This document shows positions 20,601 to 34,090 of a DNA stretch of 64,000 bases, one piece after another. The stretch is from NCBI RefSeq assembly GCF_032191835.1, contig NC_083230.1, forward strand, positions 3,720,001 to 3,784,000, read 5' to 3'. Under the pieces are notes generated by a model. That model was not told where the DNA came from and searched no databases. It worked only from the letters and a program-made list of their open reading frames with translations. The DNA comes from Heteronotia binoei. Its lineage: Eukaryota. The position numbers and the translations under genes are program-made. The number at the start of each line of letters is the position of its first letter. Position 1 is the first letter of the stretch.

Positions 20601-21699
20601 CTAGAAAACTCCTGAGGACTGTTTCCTTCTAACTTGGCTTGTATTTCTCCCCCCACCCCCAGTTATGCTAATAAAGGTTGCCTTTGATTGAGTAAAGCTA
20701 TCTATACCACTGCCCCAGGGAGATCACAAAAATGTGGGCATGCTTTGTGTGTGAGAGAGTTCACTTTCATTTTAGTGTAAGTGCAGCTGCTGTGGAACTA
20801 TCTGAATGCAAAAAAGAGGAGAAAATGAAGACTGTATTCAGGGAAACTGTACAGTATTTTTATTTATTTATTTTTAAGAAATGGGAAAGTCTCCTGACTC
20901 CATCCTTAAAGTTTCCAAGTTCTACCCCCAAAGTCCCCAGATATTTCGTGAGTTGGAACTGGCACCCTTAAGCAGTTTAAGATCTTATTTAAAACATGTC
21001 CAGATTGCTTTTACTTACAACTTCTTTACCCCTAGCCTCTCTGGCACGGGTGTTGCCACTGATACAAATGCTGTCACCCTAGTGAGGTAAATGTAAATGC
21101 CAAGCCTGGGATGAGAAGATCTTGGTTAGGGAGGCAAAGCAAAACAAGTAACAAAATACTAGCGATTAATTCCCACTCCAGCCTGAATGGTATCTGCCAT
21201 CAGTCTTTTCTGACTATTCCCCACAAGAATGAAAAGGCAAATCTCTTGGCCTCTCAGGGAATTAACAAAAAAGTCAGCCCTGCAAGGTAGGATTGCAGTC
21301 TGAGTTTCCAAACTAAGATGTTACACAACAGGTGGTCAAGAGTCCAAAACCTGGACTTAGACTTTTGAGGTTCCAGAGACAAGAATCCACACCAGGTTAA
21401 AAATATAGTTGATTTCTTAAAGTGGAAAAATATTAAACATAGACAAGACTGTGAAGGAGACAAAAACAAAATCTATGCTTTGCCAGTTTAGCTAATGAAG
21501 TTCAATAGTTACCAGTTGTAATACAAAACGTTGTCAGGTTCAGGATCAAAGATCTGGTTCTCAAAGACAAAGCAGGGCCTTAGCCCACACAGGAGCAGCA
21601 ACTCCAAGCTGGGTACCAAACAAAGCTGACCTGGGCAACTACTGACATAGTTTGTGCCAAATGGGTACCAAGCTAGAACAATGCAAAAAACAAGCTAAC

Positions 21700-22260
21700 T
21701 TATAGAAAGGATTCTGATGGGCTCCAGGTCTGAAATAGCCAGTCAGAATCTGAGAGGAGATTTTGTAGATTGTCAGTGATTTTTTCTATTACAAAGTATT
21801 CCCAGACTTTTGCTGAAAGGGCAGTAGAGGCTTTCCAGTAGAAGGCAATGGAGGCTTTAGCAGCAGTTAAAAAGCTGATTATCAAATCTTGATATATCTT
21901 TAGGATAAATAAAGAGTTCCAATGATTCAAAAATAGGTTAGACTGAAGAGGTAAGTGATAGGAGGTGATTTGTTGAATTAGTTGAAGAACATCAGACCAA
22001 AATTTCTGAACCAACAGGCATTCTCACCAACAGTGAGCATAAGTGCCAAGCTGTCCATATTTCTTCCAACATAAGGGAGAGTTGCTTTTGGAGAAAGAAG
22101 CAAGCCTAACTGGTGTAATATATCAACAATGAAGTATTTTGAATGTCTGTAGTCAAGTGCTGAGCACAGGTGAGAAGAACATTGATGAGGAATATATATC
22201 AGCCCATTGCTCAGGTGTGAGAGTAAGATTACAGTCTTGTCGCCAGACAATTTGGTGACT
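21700..22260 (-). mobile_element. L1-like ORF2 3' fragment
   Basis: CLLVQKFWSDV...AAKASIAFYWK motifs typical of the L1/Tx1 ORF2 C-terminus. Confidence 0.65.
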
Positions 22261-22384
22261 CAATTGTTCTTCACTATCTAGGCAGAACAAGATGCCATAT
22301 ATCATATATCTTTGAAAGAAGCCCTTTGTTGAGAGATACAGGTTGCAGCAACCATTTAAAGTCTGTAGGTATCACCTGAGAATT

Positions 22385-24130
22385 TTTTTTTTGCAGATCC
22401 AGATTAGAAAAAGCATGAGTCAACTGAAGATAAAAGAAACAAGGGAGGGAGTGGCTTTGACCAACATCCGGTCAGGAGCCTTTGCCTAACACTCGCCCAG
22501 CTGGCTCCAAAGTTATATTCTTTTTACCCCTTCAACTATATTTTTTGAATCTTTGAGTGATATCTCCCATAGGGGTGAAGAAGGGTAAACAGAAGGAAAA
22601 AAGCATTCAGCTTTTAACTGACCTCTTGGAATTGCCATCCACCTCCCACACAAGGTTGGAGAGATACAAGGAACCAGCAGGAGAATGTCCTCTCACATTG
22701 AATTTATTGACACAGGCAATGTCTAAGTTAAGACAAGAAATACGAGAGGACATAAGCTCTATGTTACAACCGTTGTGTCAGCATCTGGATGAACTAGAGG
22801 ATTCTCATAAACAAGTTACCCAGATAGCACAAGAAGCTTTAAAAAGAGCTCAAGAGTGTGAAGGGAGAATATTTGAAATAACATCAGATGCATGGATGAG
22901 GGAACGGGTTTTAACAATGGACTTCCGTAACCGGGAGCTGTGTTTAAAGTTTAGATGTTTTAAATCTGATGTGGAAGCTGAAATGGACTTATATGTATTT
23001 ATGGCAAATTGGCTTGCTGAAGCAACTCACCTGGAGGCCGAAGTTCTCCCACTCATTCAAAAAGTATATTGTGTCGGCAAGGTATGTTAAGACAATTTGT
23101 CTTATACTAGAGATATTTTGAAGCAGTTTAAGGACTATCGAATGAGGCAAAGAGTCTTTGCAGAGGCCAGGGAGAGGGGAGGATTGGACTATCAGGGGTT
23201 AAAGATTCAGGTCTTTCCAGATCTCCCTCCTGAATTTTTAAGAATCAGAAGAGACCTCAAGGATACAACTGCCAAACTGCGGGACTTAAAAATTAAATAT
23301 AAATGGCTACAATCAGGCAAATTATATGTCCAAAAAGGCTCCACTTCATATACAGCATATGACGCAGCCTTGGCTGAATTATTACTCTCCAAGTTAACTC
23401 CCTCCTCCCCTGCATCGAAAGTAAACAAGAGAAAGGAATGCTCTCCTCTCGTCTCTTTAAGGACAACCCGTGCTTGTACTGAGGAAGATCATGTAAACTT
23501 GGAAGAAAGTATGGATTCTATCTAAAAAAGAAACTGAAGCAACAAGAAAATGGAAAAGTTGACGAAATGTATAATTTATATCTAAAGACTTTTCTTTCGG
23601 AATTTATGGTTGGGTGGGATCAGCTGGCGCGAGCATTTGAGTAATTTCCCTCCATAGCTAATTCCAGGTGGAAGGAGGGAAGTATCTGTTCTAGACCTTA
23701 ACCCTTGAGGTCTCCAGGGACTGAGATATTTTGTTAGAATTTCATTTTATTGATTTTTTTCTTTTTTTTTTGAGAGTAGAAGGAATAATGAAGTTATAGA
23801 AGAAGAAGAAGGAACTATTGAATGATTGTGGTATTAAACTTTAAAAATGTGTTAGGGAAGATAGTATTCTTAAGCTTAATTATTCCTCTACTAAAAAAAA
23901 TAATAAAAAATATAAATAGACATACATATATACATATTAAGAAGTGTGGAATGGTAACATATGAAGTAATCTCCAAAGAGATAGATCAACTTTAGTTTAT
24001 GTTAACTCAGGTGAGATGTTATTAAGTTGTGTTGTTTTTGATTTGTTATTGTTGTAAACTTTTCTGTTGGAATAGATATGAATTATAATGAGTCTATAAT
24101 AAAATTTTGATTTTTATGCCAAAAAAAAAG
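22385..24130 (+). mobile_element. L1-like ORF1-only element (ORF1 22557-23525 with one in-frame TAA)
   Basis: Coiled-coil-like region, LKFRCF, RDIL..F, IQVFPDLP, KYKWLQSGKL (L1 ORF1 RRM/CTD pattern); then ~600 nt non-coding, AATAAA at 24098 and an A9 tract; no ORF2 follows. Confidence 0.75.
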
Positions 24131-24536
24131 AACCAAGGAATGGAGCAGTCAGTCTTTTGTTCTAAAGTGGCCTTTGGAAGTATTCCTGATGGTGAACAGA
24201 CATCTTGGACACAGGTCACTTTTGCAGCTTTCCAAGTTTCAATAAGAGTGGAAGAGCAACTAGGGGAAAAACATGATTGATTAAAGATGGATGAATAATG
24301 AGAAAACTAAGGAATCAGTTGAGATCTGTGAGAGTCCCAAATTTTAAAAATAGCTTTGAGCATTGGGTTACACTTAATCTTTGCTGGGCAAAAACTTGAG
24401 GAGGTTCATACAGAATCTCTCAGAGACAGACGTGATAAGAGCAATCTATAAGGTTCTGACCACTCAGCAGAATCTCCTTCTCGCACCATTTTGACAATAT
24501 TAACTAACCTAGCTGTTCAGTAGTATGTGGATATAT

Positions 24537-24970
24537 TGTCAGAACTGGAACGAACTTCAGACGATTCCAGTACTTGTTGCAAAGTTAGGATCTTTATTGA
24601 AGAACTACAGTGCTAGAACAACGAGATAACAGTAATGCCGAGTCCTGGCATTTGGTTACATTTTATGCCATCAGTAAAGTACAATAAAGCTATCATTCAC
24701 ACGGGTTACAGACAAGTGTCTCTTTTCCCAGGCTTCGTTATCAGAAGGGAGGATGCCTCCCCGTGGTGAAGGCCAAACGGCCTGTCTTCAAAAGGGCACC
24801 TGTGGATGTTGAACAGAGACTATCTGTCGCCCGCCCTGGAGCCCTAAATATTTGAAATAGCTAAGAGGGCAGGGTTAATGGCTCAGGCTGTGGACTCTGT
24901 GTTAGTGTTAGGTTACAGCATGGAGTTGGTTTGGCCAAGGCAGAGAGAGAGAAAGTTACAAGTTCTGACA
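24537..24970 (-). mobile_element. Solo LTR, 434 bp
   Basis: 10-bp terminal inverted repeat TGTCAGAACT/AGTTCTGACA; TATAT on both flanks; AATAAA on the minus strand at 24593-24598; L1 coding similarity resumes on both sides. Confidence 0.88.
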
Positions 24971-25807
24971 TATATCAGGGAAATTTAGTCCTTCAGAACA
25001 GTGACGCCGTTTCAATATATGAAACCCTACTCTGGGTTTTTTTGTTTTGCCAAAGGAAAGAGTTGAATGACGATTGCCATTCACTATGAAGAAGGGAAGA
25101 AGGGAGAGTAATGGGAATAGTATGGAAAAATATAGAAGTTTTGGAAGATCAAATGACTTTAAAAGATGTAAGCTGTCCACAAAAGATACTGCTATCTTGT
25201 CCCATTTGATAAAGTCAGAACGAATGTTTTTAAATTTTGCTCCAAAATTAAGTGGGATAAATTGATCAAGATTGTTAGGAAGTTGGATACCTAAGTATGA
25301 TATAGAAGTCTTGGACCACTGAAATGAGTAGGAACGCCAGAGGAATGCTTCAGATGCAGCTGATACGTTGACAGGCAGTATATTAGATTTGGATTGATTT
25401 ATCTGTAATCCTGAGATGGATCTGAAGATTGAGAGGAGGTTTTGGAGATGAGGGAGAGATGGTTCAGGCTTAAAAAGATAGATCAGCATATCATCATCAA
25501 ATAAAGCTTAATTTCATCGTGTGAGATTCACAGGTTATGCCCTGAATATTTTCATAATGTTTGATTAAAGCCACCAGAAGCTCAATTGCTAGCGCAAAGA
25601 GGGCGGGAGATAAGGGACAACCTTGCCTCATGCCTCTTTGAAGCTCAAAAGTGTCCAATGTTACACCATTAATATTAACAGAAGTTTTTGGTTTGGAGTA
25701 TATGGCCTTAACAACTGTAATAAAATTAGAACCAAATGACATATGTTCTAAGAGAGACAGTAGGTATGACATTTCCAAGGAATCGAAGGCTTTCTCAATG
25801 TCTAGAG

Positions 25808-26905
25808 CAGGGATGGGTAACTTTTTTTTTTTCTGCCAAGGGCCCTTTGAATATTTATAACATCATTCGTGGGCTATACAAAATTATCAGCTTAAGAAAG
25901 AGTGCTCCACTGAGGGAGAACGATGCAGGCTGGCAAAATTGATGCAAATAATTGTTTTTCTATTTGAAGTCATGTGGGGAGAGCCTAATTTGGCACACAC
26001 ACACGGCCTGTCACCCTATGCAAATGCCTAGGTCCTGGGCTTTTTTTAATAGAAAAAACTGAGCAGGAGCTCATTAGCATATTAAGTCACAGAATCATTA
26101 GCATATTAGGCCATCTAGGATAATCAAGTGCAGATTGAACTGGTGGTAGCTGGCTACAACCCCCACCCACCCCTGCCACCCCTCCCTCCCTTCATGCAGA
26201 AACTGCAGCTGCTCCCAGCAGACCTTCAAAGGCACCCACATACCCCAGCAGCAGTACTTCACAATACCTGAGAGGGAGGGAGGGAAAGAAAGGGAAATAA
26301 AGAAATGTGGAGAATAAAGGCAAATAAAGAAATGGGGGGGGGGGAATTGAAAGAAAGGGAAATAAAGAAATGGGGGGAAGAAAGAAAAATAACGGAAGGG
26401 GGGAAGAAAGGGGACTAAAGGGAAGTAAAGAAATGAGGGGAAGAAAGGGGACTAAAGGGAAATAAAGAAATGAGGGGAAGAAAGGAGGCTAAAAGGAAAT
26501 AAAGAAATGAGGGGAAGAAATGGAAAGGGAAATAAAGGGGGGGAAGAAAGGGGAATAAAGGGGAGAAAAGAAATGGGGGGAAGAAATAGAAAGAAAGTAA
26601 AATAAAGAAATGAGGGGGAAACTTACCTGAACTGTGACAGTGACTTTTCCAGGCCCCACAGTAATCCTGGCCAGCCAGGCCCAGGGAGGTTGCTGCGCAG
26701 CGTGACTGGGCCCCACAATCCCTGCTGGCCAGCTGGGCCCTGGGGAGCTGTTGCACAGCGCAGCTGAGTCATACAATCCTCACTGGCCAACCAGGCCTCA
26801 GAGAGGCTGCCACATAGCTCAGCTTGGCCCAGTAATTCCCAAAGGCCAGACCAAGTGATCTCAAGGGCCATAAATGGCCCTTGGGACAGACGTTCCTCAC
26901 CCCCG
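25808..26905. mobile_element. Non-autonomous hAT-type DNA transposon
   Basis: Perfect 8-bp TSD GTCTAGAG (25800-25807, 26906-26913), imperfect CAGGG-type TIRs, purine-rich internal tandem repeats; interrupts the L1 motif LSLDIEKAFD. Confidence 0.88.
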
Positions 26906-29284
26906 GTCTAGAGAAAGAAGAGTGGCTTCTGATTTGGAGTGTGTACAAGAAGAAATGATATGTAATGTCTTATGTATATTGTCCATGATCTCTCTGCCAG
27001 GCATGAATCTGGCCTGTTCTGAGTGAATGTAATATGTTATCAGTGAAGTAATCTGTTGTAAAGATTTTGCAATCCATGTTTAGTAAGGAAATAGGATGGA
27101 AAGATGTTGGATTGGTGAGATCTTTGCCACTTTTTGGAAGAACTATAATAGAAGCACTATCCCATGTGGGCATTAAGGTCCCAGTCTGAAGGATTTCATC
27201 ACAGGTGTCAGCGAGCAGTTGAACAAGAAGATTGGCAAATTTCTTATAAATTCTGAAGTAAAGCTGTCAGTCCCTGGAAATTTATTGATCTTAAGATGTT
27301 TTCTAGAATCCAGAATCTCTGAGGGGTCAAAGGGCTTCTCCAGGAACACTCGATGTTCATCAGAAAGTTTAAGAATCCCAGAATGTCGTGAAAGAAATTC
27401 GGAGATAGAAAAAGATGAAGGCTTTTGAGAGGAATATAAGCATTTGTAGTATTCAGAGAATATGTGAGCAATATCCAAGGTCTTACTGTGGAGGTGACCA
27501 GTGGCATCTCTTGCAGCATGAATAAATCTTGAAGAAAATTTATCTTTAACTCTCCAGGAGAGCAACTTTAGAGATTGAGGCGAGTTGGTCCAATGTCTTT
27601 GTTTAAGGAAGAGTAATTTTCTTTGAATTTGGGAACTTTCAAAGGATTCCAATATCATCCTTTCCATGAAGAGTTTCTTGTAAGTCTTCTCCCCCCCCCC
27701 CCCCCATGAGCTTTCTGAAGTGTTTCCAAGTGTTGAATACAATCTAAGACTTCCAGTCTAAGAGCATTTTTATATTTTTTTCAAGGACGAAAATAGAGAA
27801 ATCAAGTTGCCTCTGAGAACAGCTTTCAGGGCTTCCCATCTCATAGAGGCTGAAGTGTCTATTGCAGTATTGTCTTTCAAGTATTGACAAATATGCAATT
27901 CAATTTGTTTAGAGCAATCGGTATGGAATAGTAGAGAATGGTTCAAAATCCATCTCTTGGGAAATAGAAGATTCAGGATTCAGTAAGCAGCAAACTCAGG
28001 CATGATCCAACCATACAACAAGACCCATTTCAGAGCAGACAACCTTGTTGATAAGAGAACTAGATAATAATATGCAGTCTATTCTGGTATATACGTCGAA
28101 TCTTGAAGAGTAGTAAGTATAATCTCTTTCTGTTTTATGTTGTTGGTGTCAGATATCACTCAAATTGAATTTCTGAAGAAGTTTTGACAGGTGCACCGAA
28201 TGTTTGTTGAGACAGGAACTACTAGAAGTACGATGTGAACGGTCAAGAGTACTGTCCATAATGAGATTAAAATTCCCACCGATTACTTCGCCTTGTTGAA
28301 AATCTGTTAGGATGTCAAGAGCCTCTTCCAAAAAATGCAACTGATTGTTGTTAGGTGCATAGATCAAAGTGATAGTAACTTGCGTGTCATCCAGTAGACC
28401 TTTCACAAATATGAATCACCCACAAGGATCCTCATGTGTTGCTTGATGACAAAATCTTACACATTTGGAGATCAGGATGGAGACTCCTCTTGAGTAGGAA
28501 CTGCCTGCAGCATGGAATTTAGTCTGGATCCATGAGACTTTCAGTGCGGTACCAGTTGGATTTCTGAGGTGAGTTTCTTGGAGTAGTGTAACATCAGAGC
28601 GTAGTTTGGATAAGCTATTTAAAATTCTCTTTCTCTTCACAGGATTGCGCAAACCTCGCACATTGAAAGAATTAACATTCCAAAGGTGGCTCATAGTAAA
28701 AGCACAAGAAAATAAAAAAAAAGTTAAAATAAAGAAATGTAGAGAAAAAGTGTTGAAAATAATAACAACAACCACAATACACAGAAATAGGAGAGATAAT
28801 AATAGTATAAAAGCCTAAAGATTGAACAGGACATAGGAATGGAGGAAACCAATAACTGGGAGAGGAAAAACTGGGAGCAAATTTAATTTAAAAGTGAACC
28901 CCAAAACCTAGGAATGGATAAATCAATATACAAGAAAGAGTAAGAAAATGCAGTGGGAAAATACAATAAATTGATATGCCCAATAAGTTACCCAGACAGT
29001 AATCAATAATAAAAAAATTAATCAATAAGAAGTAATAGTTAACTATCCATCTTCCCCCTGATGTATAAGAAGTTATACAGAACTAACAGGTGAACCTAAC
29101 TTAGAAGCAGAGGCATTCAAAAGGAATCAATTAGTTAATATTAGATAATCAGATTTTTCCCCACCTCAATTCCTTCAGCCAAGTAATTTAAGAGTATTTT
29201 AAAGGGCGCAGTTACATAGATAAATTATTACAAGTTACTTCAATTCCTACTTTTCCTCAATCTTTTCTTCTGTGGGTAACAGTG

Positions 29285-30983
29285 CTCAACATGGCAAAAA
29301 CAGAACATAAAATGAGGGTATTAAGTTCCAACCTAGGATCAGCATAGGGATAGTACATAAACACCTAGTTTCTTTAAATGAAACTAAGTCCTCAGGGCTA
29401 GATGAACTGCATCCAAGGGTTCTAAAAGAGCTTGCAAATGTAATTTCTGAGCCTCTGGCTATTATTTTTGAGAATTCTTGGAGAACAAAAGAGGTGCCGA
29501 AAAATTGGAGACAGGCGAATGTTGTCCCCATCTTCAAGAAGGGGGAAAAGGAGGATCCAGGTAACTACCAACCCTTCAGCTTGACGTCTATACCTGGAAA
29601 AGTTTTTAGAACAAATCATCAAACAGTCATTTGGAACATTTAGAAAGGATGGCTCTGAGCCAGCATGGGTTTCTCAAGAACAAGTCATGTCAGACCAACC
29701 TGATCTCTTTTTGTGAGAAAGTGACTACTTTGCTGGATCAGGGGAATGCTGTAGACATCATTTATCTTGATTTCAGCAAGGTTTTTGATAAGGTTTCACA
29801 TACTATCCTTGTTGACAAGTTGGTAAAATGTGGTTTGGATCCTACCGTTAGGTGGATCTGTAACTGGTTGACAGATCTCACCCAAAGAGTGCCTGTGAAT
29901 GGTTCCTTATCCTCTTGGAAAGGAGTGGCAAGTGGAGTACCTCAAGGATCTGTCCTGGGACCTGTTTTGTTCAACATCTTTATAAATGATTTGTATGAAG
30001 GAATAGAGGGAGTGCTTATTAAATTTGCAGATGATACTAAATTGGGAGTGGTTGCAAATACAATAGAAGACTGAAACAGGATACAGGATGACCTTGACAG
30101 GCTGTAAAACTGGGCTAAAACCAATAAAATGAATTTTAGCAGGGATAAATAATAAAGTTCTGCATTTAGGTAGGAAAAATCCCCATTTGAGCTCCAAGAG
30201 AGTACTGAGGTCAGCAGGAAAGAACTGGTTGACAATCCCTGGGCCGAAGGAGGCCAAATTGAAGAGCACACGAGAATGGACCTTTTCGATTGTAGCTCCA
30301 CACTAGTGGAATCAACTTCCGGATGAAGTGCGGGCCCCGCGGAGTCTTGACCAATTCCACAGGACCTGCAAGACTACTCTTTTTAAGATGGCCTTCGCCT
30401 AAATATAGAGCTAAGTTAGACCCGCTGTAGACGTATCCAGCCACTAAATTCATTGAAGATCTGAGATGTAGCACCAAAAATGTTAATTTTAATAGTAATG
30501 TTGTTTTAAACAATGGTTTTATTTAATGTATTATTTATTGAATTGTACGGATGTTTTATTGTATACTGAATTTATATGTTGTGAGCCGCCCTGAGCCTGC
30601 TTCGACGGAGAGGGCGGGATATAAATAAAATGTATTATTATTATTATTCCAGTACTTGAAGGGCTGTCATTGTGAGGAATTGTTTTCTGTGACCCCAGAA
30701 GATAAGACCAGAACCAATGGGTTGAAATTAAGTCAAAAGAGTTTCTGGCTCAACATTAGAAAGAACTTTCTAAGCGTTAGAGTGGTTCCTCAGTGGAACA
30801 GGCTTCCTCGGAAGATGGTGGGCTCTCCTTCTTTGGAGATTTTTAAACAGAGGCTAGATGGCGATCTGACAGCAATGAAGATCCTGTTAATTTAGGGGGA
30901 GGTATTTGTGAGTTTTCTGCATTGTGTAGGGAGTTGGACCAGATGAACCTGGAGGTCCCTTCTAATTCTATGATTCTATGATT
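29285..30983 (+). mobile_element. CR1 LINE, 5'-truncated, with an L2-type 3' fragment at ~30184-30647
   Basis: [33 protein letters not shown]; ends in the (ATTCTATG)n CR1 terminus. Confidence 0.93.
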
Positions 30984-31077
30984 TAATGATGACCAGGAAA
31001 AATTCATCAGAAAAATGCAATAAGCTGAGTGATATATACAACAAATTAATCAGATCAGAATCAGCAAAAGGAAATGG

Positions 31078-32275
31078 TTAATGTGGAGCACGGTAAGCAG
31101 TGGGGTGCCGCAGGGCTCGGTACTGGGTCCCATCCTCTTTAACTTGTTCATAAATGATTTAGAGTTGGGAGTGAGCAGTGAAGTGGCCAAATTTGCGGAT
31201 GACACTAAATTGTTCAGGGTGGTGAGAACCAGAGAGGATTGTGAGGAACTCCAAAGGGATCTGTTGAGGCTGGGTGAGTGGGCGTCAACGTGGCAGATGC
31301 GGTTCAATGTGGCCAAATTTGCGGCAGTGAAGTGGCCAAATTTGCTGATGACACTAAATTGTTCAGGGTGGTGAGAACCAGAGAGGATTGTGAGGAACTC
31401 CAAAGGGATCTGTTGAGGCTGGGTGAGTGGGCGTCAACGTGGCAGATGCGGTTCAATGTGGCCAAGTGCAAAGTAATGCACATTGGGGCCAAGAATCCCA
31501 GCTACAAATACAAGTTGATGGGGTGTGAACTGGCAGAGACAGACCAAGAGAGAGATCTTGGGGTCATGGTAGATAATTCACTGAAAATGTCAAGACAGTG
31601 TGCGTTTGCAATAAAAAAGGGCAACGCCATGCTGGGAATTATTAGGAAGGGAATTGAAAACAAATCAGCCAGTATCATAATGCCTCTGTATAAATCGATG
31701 GTGCGGTCTCATTTGGAGTACTGTGTGCAGTTCTGGTCGCCGCACCTCAAAAAGGATATTATAGCATTGGAGAAAGTTCAGAAAAGGGCAACTAAAATGA
31801 TTAAAGGGCTGGAACACCTTCCCTATGAAGAAAGGTTGAAACGCTTAGGGCTCTTTAGCTTGGAGAAACGTCGACTGAGGGGTGACATGATAGAAGTTTA
31901 CAAGATAATGCATGGGATGGAGAAAGTAGAGAAAGAAGTACTTTTCTCCCTTTCTCACAATACAAGAACTCGTGGGCATTCGATGAAATTGCTGAGCAGA
32001 CAGGTTAAAACGGATAAAAGGAAGTACTTCTTCACCCAAAGGGTGATTAACATGTGGAATTCACTGCCACAGGAGGTGGTGGCGTCCACAAGCATAGCCA
32101 CCTTCAAGAAGGGGTTAGATAAAAATATGGAGCAGAGGTCCATCAGTGGCTATTAGCCACAGTGTGTGTGCGTGTGTGTATATATATATATATATTTGGC
32201 CGCTGTGTGACACAGAATGTTGGACTGGATGGGCCATTGGCCTGATCTAACATGGCTTCTCTTATGTTCTTATTT
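31078..32275 (+). mobile_element. Younger 5'-truncated CR1 LINE with internal tandem duplication
   Basis: [40 protein letters not shown]; open through the C-terminus; 31175-31316 is repeated at 31324-31465. Confidence 0.95.
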
Positions 32276-32939
32276 TCTTAATAATTAATTATATACCTTC
32301 CTTTTGGCTAAAATCAAGTATGAATAATTAATAGAATACTATAAGGAACAAACCAAATAAGACTGAATGCTATCAGAAGTAAGCAATTGATTAAGAGAAA
32401 AGAATCAGATTCAAAATTAATGCTTTATTGTTTGTTTGTGTGCTTGCTTGGTTTTGTTTTTAAGGTCTTTCCAGCCAGCAATTCCAAATTAAAAACAGAT
32501 AATAAAACTCACATTGGTGTGTTTAAAAATGCTACGTTAAAATCTTCAATAATAAGAAGGTGTTAAAAATTTAAAATGCTTAAAATCACCAACAATAAAA
32601 TTAGATATGAAAGAATTAATTAATTAATTGTAACAGGAGAACTGAAGAAATTAAAATTAGCAAAATTCAGGTTCTTAACAACTAAGTGAAAGTATGCTAA
32701 TTTCCAACTAGAAAGCTGGAAGCGCTATGAAAATGTAAAGCCAGCTTGCAACAATTTGGTATCTGTAGAGATAAGTATGTAAATATGAGTCTCTTCACTC
32801 AGTAACTATGGATGCTGTGATGTACCTGTAGGCACAAACTCCCTATATCATCAATCTGACAGAACACTAAAGATTTAAACACTAAGAATTTTTAAAGTGT
32901 AAGATGAATAAAAGATATAACAAAATCAGACAGTCTCAC

Positions 32940-34090
32940 TTAATTTCAGGTGGGTAAAGACCGACCAGGAATTAAAGGGTAAAAAGCTACCCTTCACTAG
33001 AAACTGTCAGTAACAACAGGGCATAGTTGAGAAGACCCTCCGGCCTCCCCACAAACCTCATTATAGCAAGATTTCAGAACATTACACAGCAGAACAATAT
33101 ATAGTACAAAGCATGATAAGCAAATAACCAGAATGTGCATAACAGGCGGGCACATCAGGAGGGATCTGCATAACATGCGTCTTTTATGTCATGTCATCAG
33201 TAGAGGATGAGGAAGAAGGACGCCGCTGTTTTGGATTGGCGTTAGGAGCTTCAGGAGAAGATTTAATATTGAGAGTTTTAAGCAGGTTCAAGCCCGAAGC
33301 TAAATCCTCCACAAAATAAATTTTATCCTTAAAAGTTATCTGGAGTCACTTTATGTTTTTCCACTGATAATGAACACGCACCTGACGTAAAGCCTCAGTA
33401 ACAGCTTTAAGGTATTGGTGTTTAGAGAGAACCTCAGAAGGTAAATCCTGAAAGACCAAGATCTGTTCTCCTTTGAATGGCAAGTGGCCTTGGGAATGTG
33501 CAGCCTCTAAAACTGCCCTCCTCACTTGAACATCAGAGACAATCGCTATAATATCCCGAGGGCCTTTGTGTGCAGGGTTGGAAGCAGGACCAGATGGTAA
33601 GCATTGGCAAGAAGAGGTGCTATAGTCTCCAGTAATTCTACCACATTTTCTAGCCATCCCAAAATAAAAGACACCAGATCAGTGTTTGCAGTTAATTTCT
33701 CACTAAAACCCCTAAACTTCAGGTTAGACTGACGTGACAATGATTCCAATTGGAGAACTCGATCATGAATGGCACCATTTTCTTTTTGTAAGACATTAAC
33801 GCCCTCTTTTAAAGAGAGCCCCAGTTCCTTTACCTCCTCAGCCATTTGATGTACAATCTGAAAGGCTTGCTTAAGCTCAGAAAACTGATCCCTGAGAGGC
33901 TGTATTAGAGCGGTCATGGTGTCTTTAAGCCTAATTTCCATAGAAGCTAACAGCAATGCTAGTACCGGTTCAGACATTGGTGGGAAAATTTGGGCTGTAG
34001 AAACATCATCAGCTGCCATGTTGTCAGTGGTAGAGAGATCAGAGTCCTGAGATTTGTCAGGGCATGGTTTGCAAAAAAAAAAAAATCAAA
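32940..34090 (-). mobile_element. Second L1-like ORF1 element without ORF2
   Basis: SRQSNLKFRGFSE, GPRDII, ILVFQDLP motifs; a frameshift near 33600; downstream sequence is non-coding. Confidence 0.75.

Larger units (their letters stand above)
24140..29270 (-). mobile_element. Decayed L1-like LINE ORF2 interrupted by a solo LTR and a hAT element
   Basis: APE start SFNVRGL, LLQETH, IYAPN, GGNFN; RT PISLLNMDCKI, SLDIEKAFD (split by the hAT), RQGCPLSPALF, YLGI. Confidence 0.9.
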
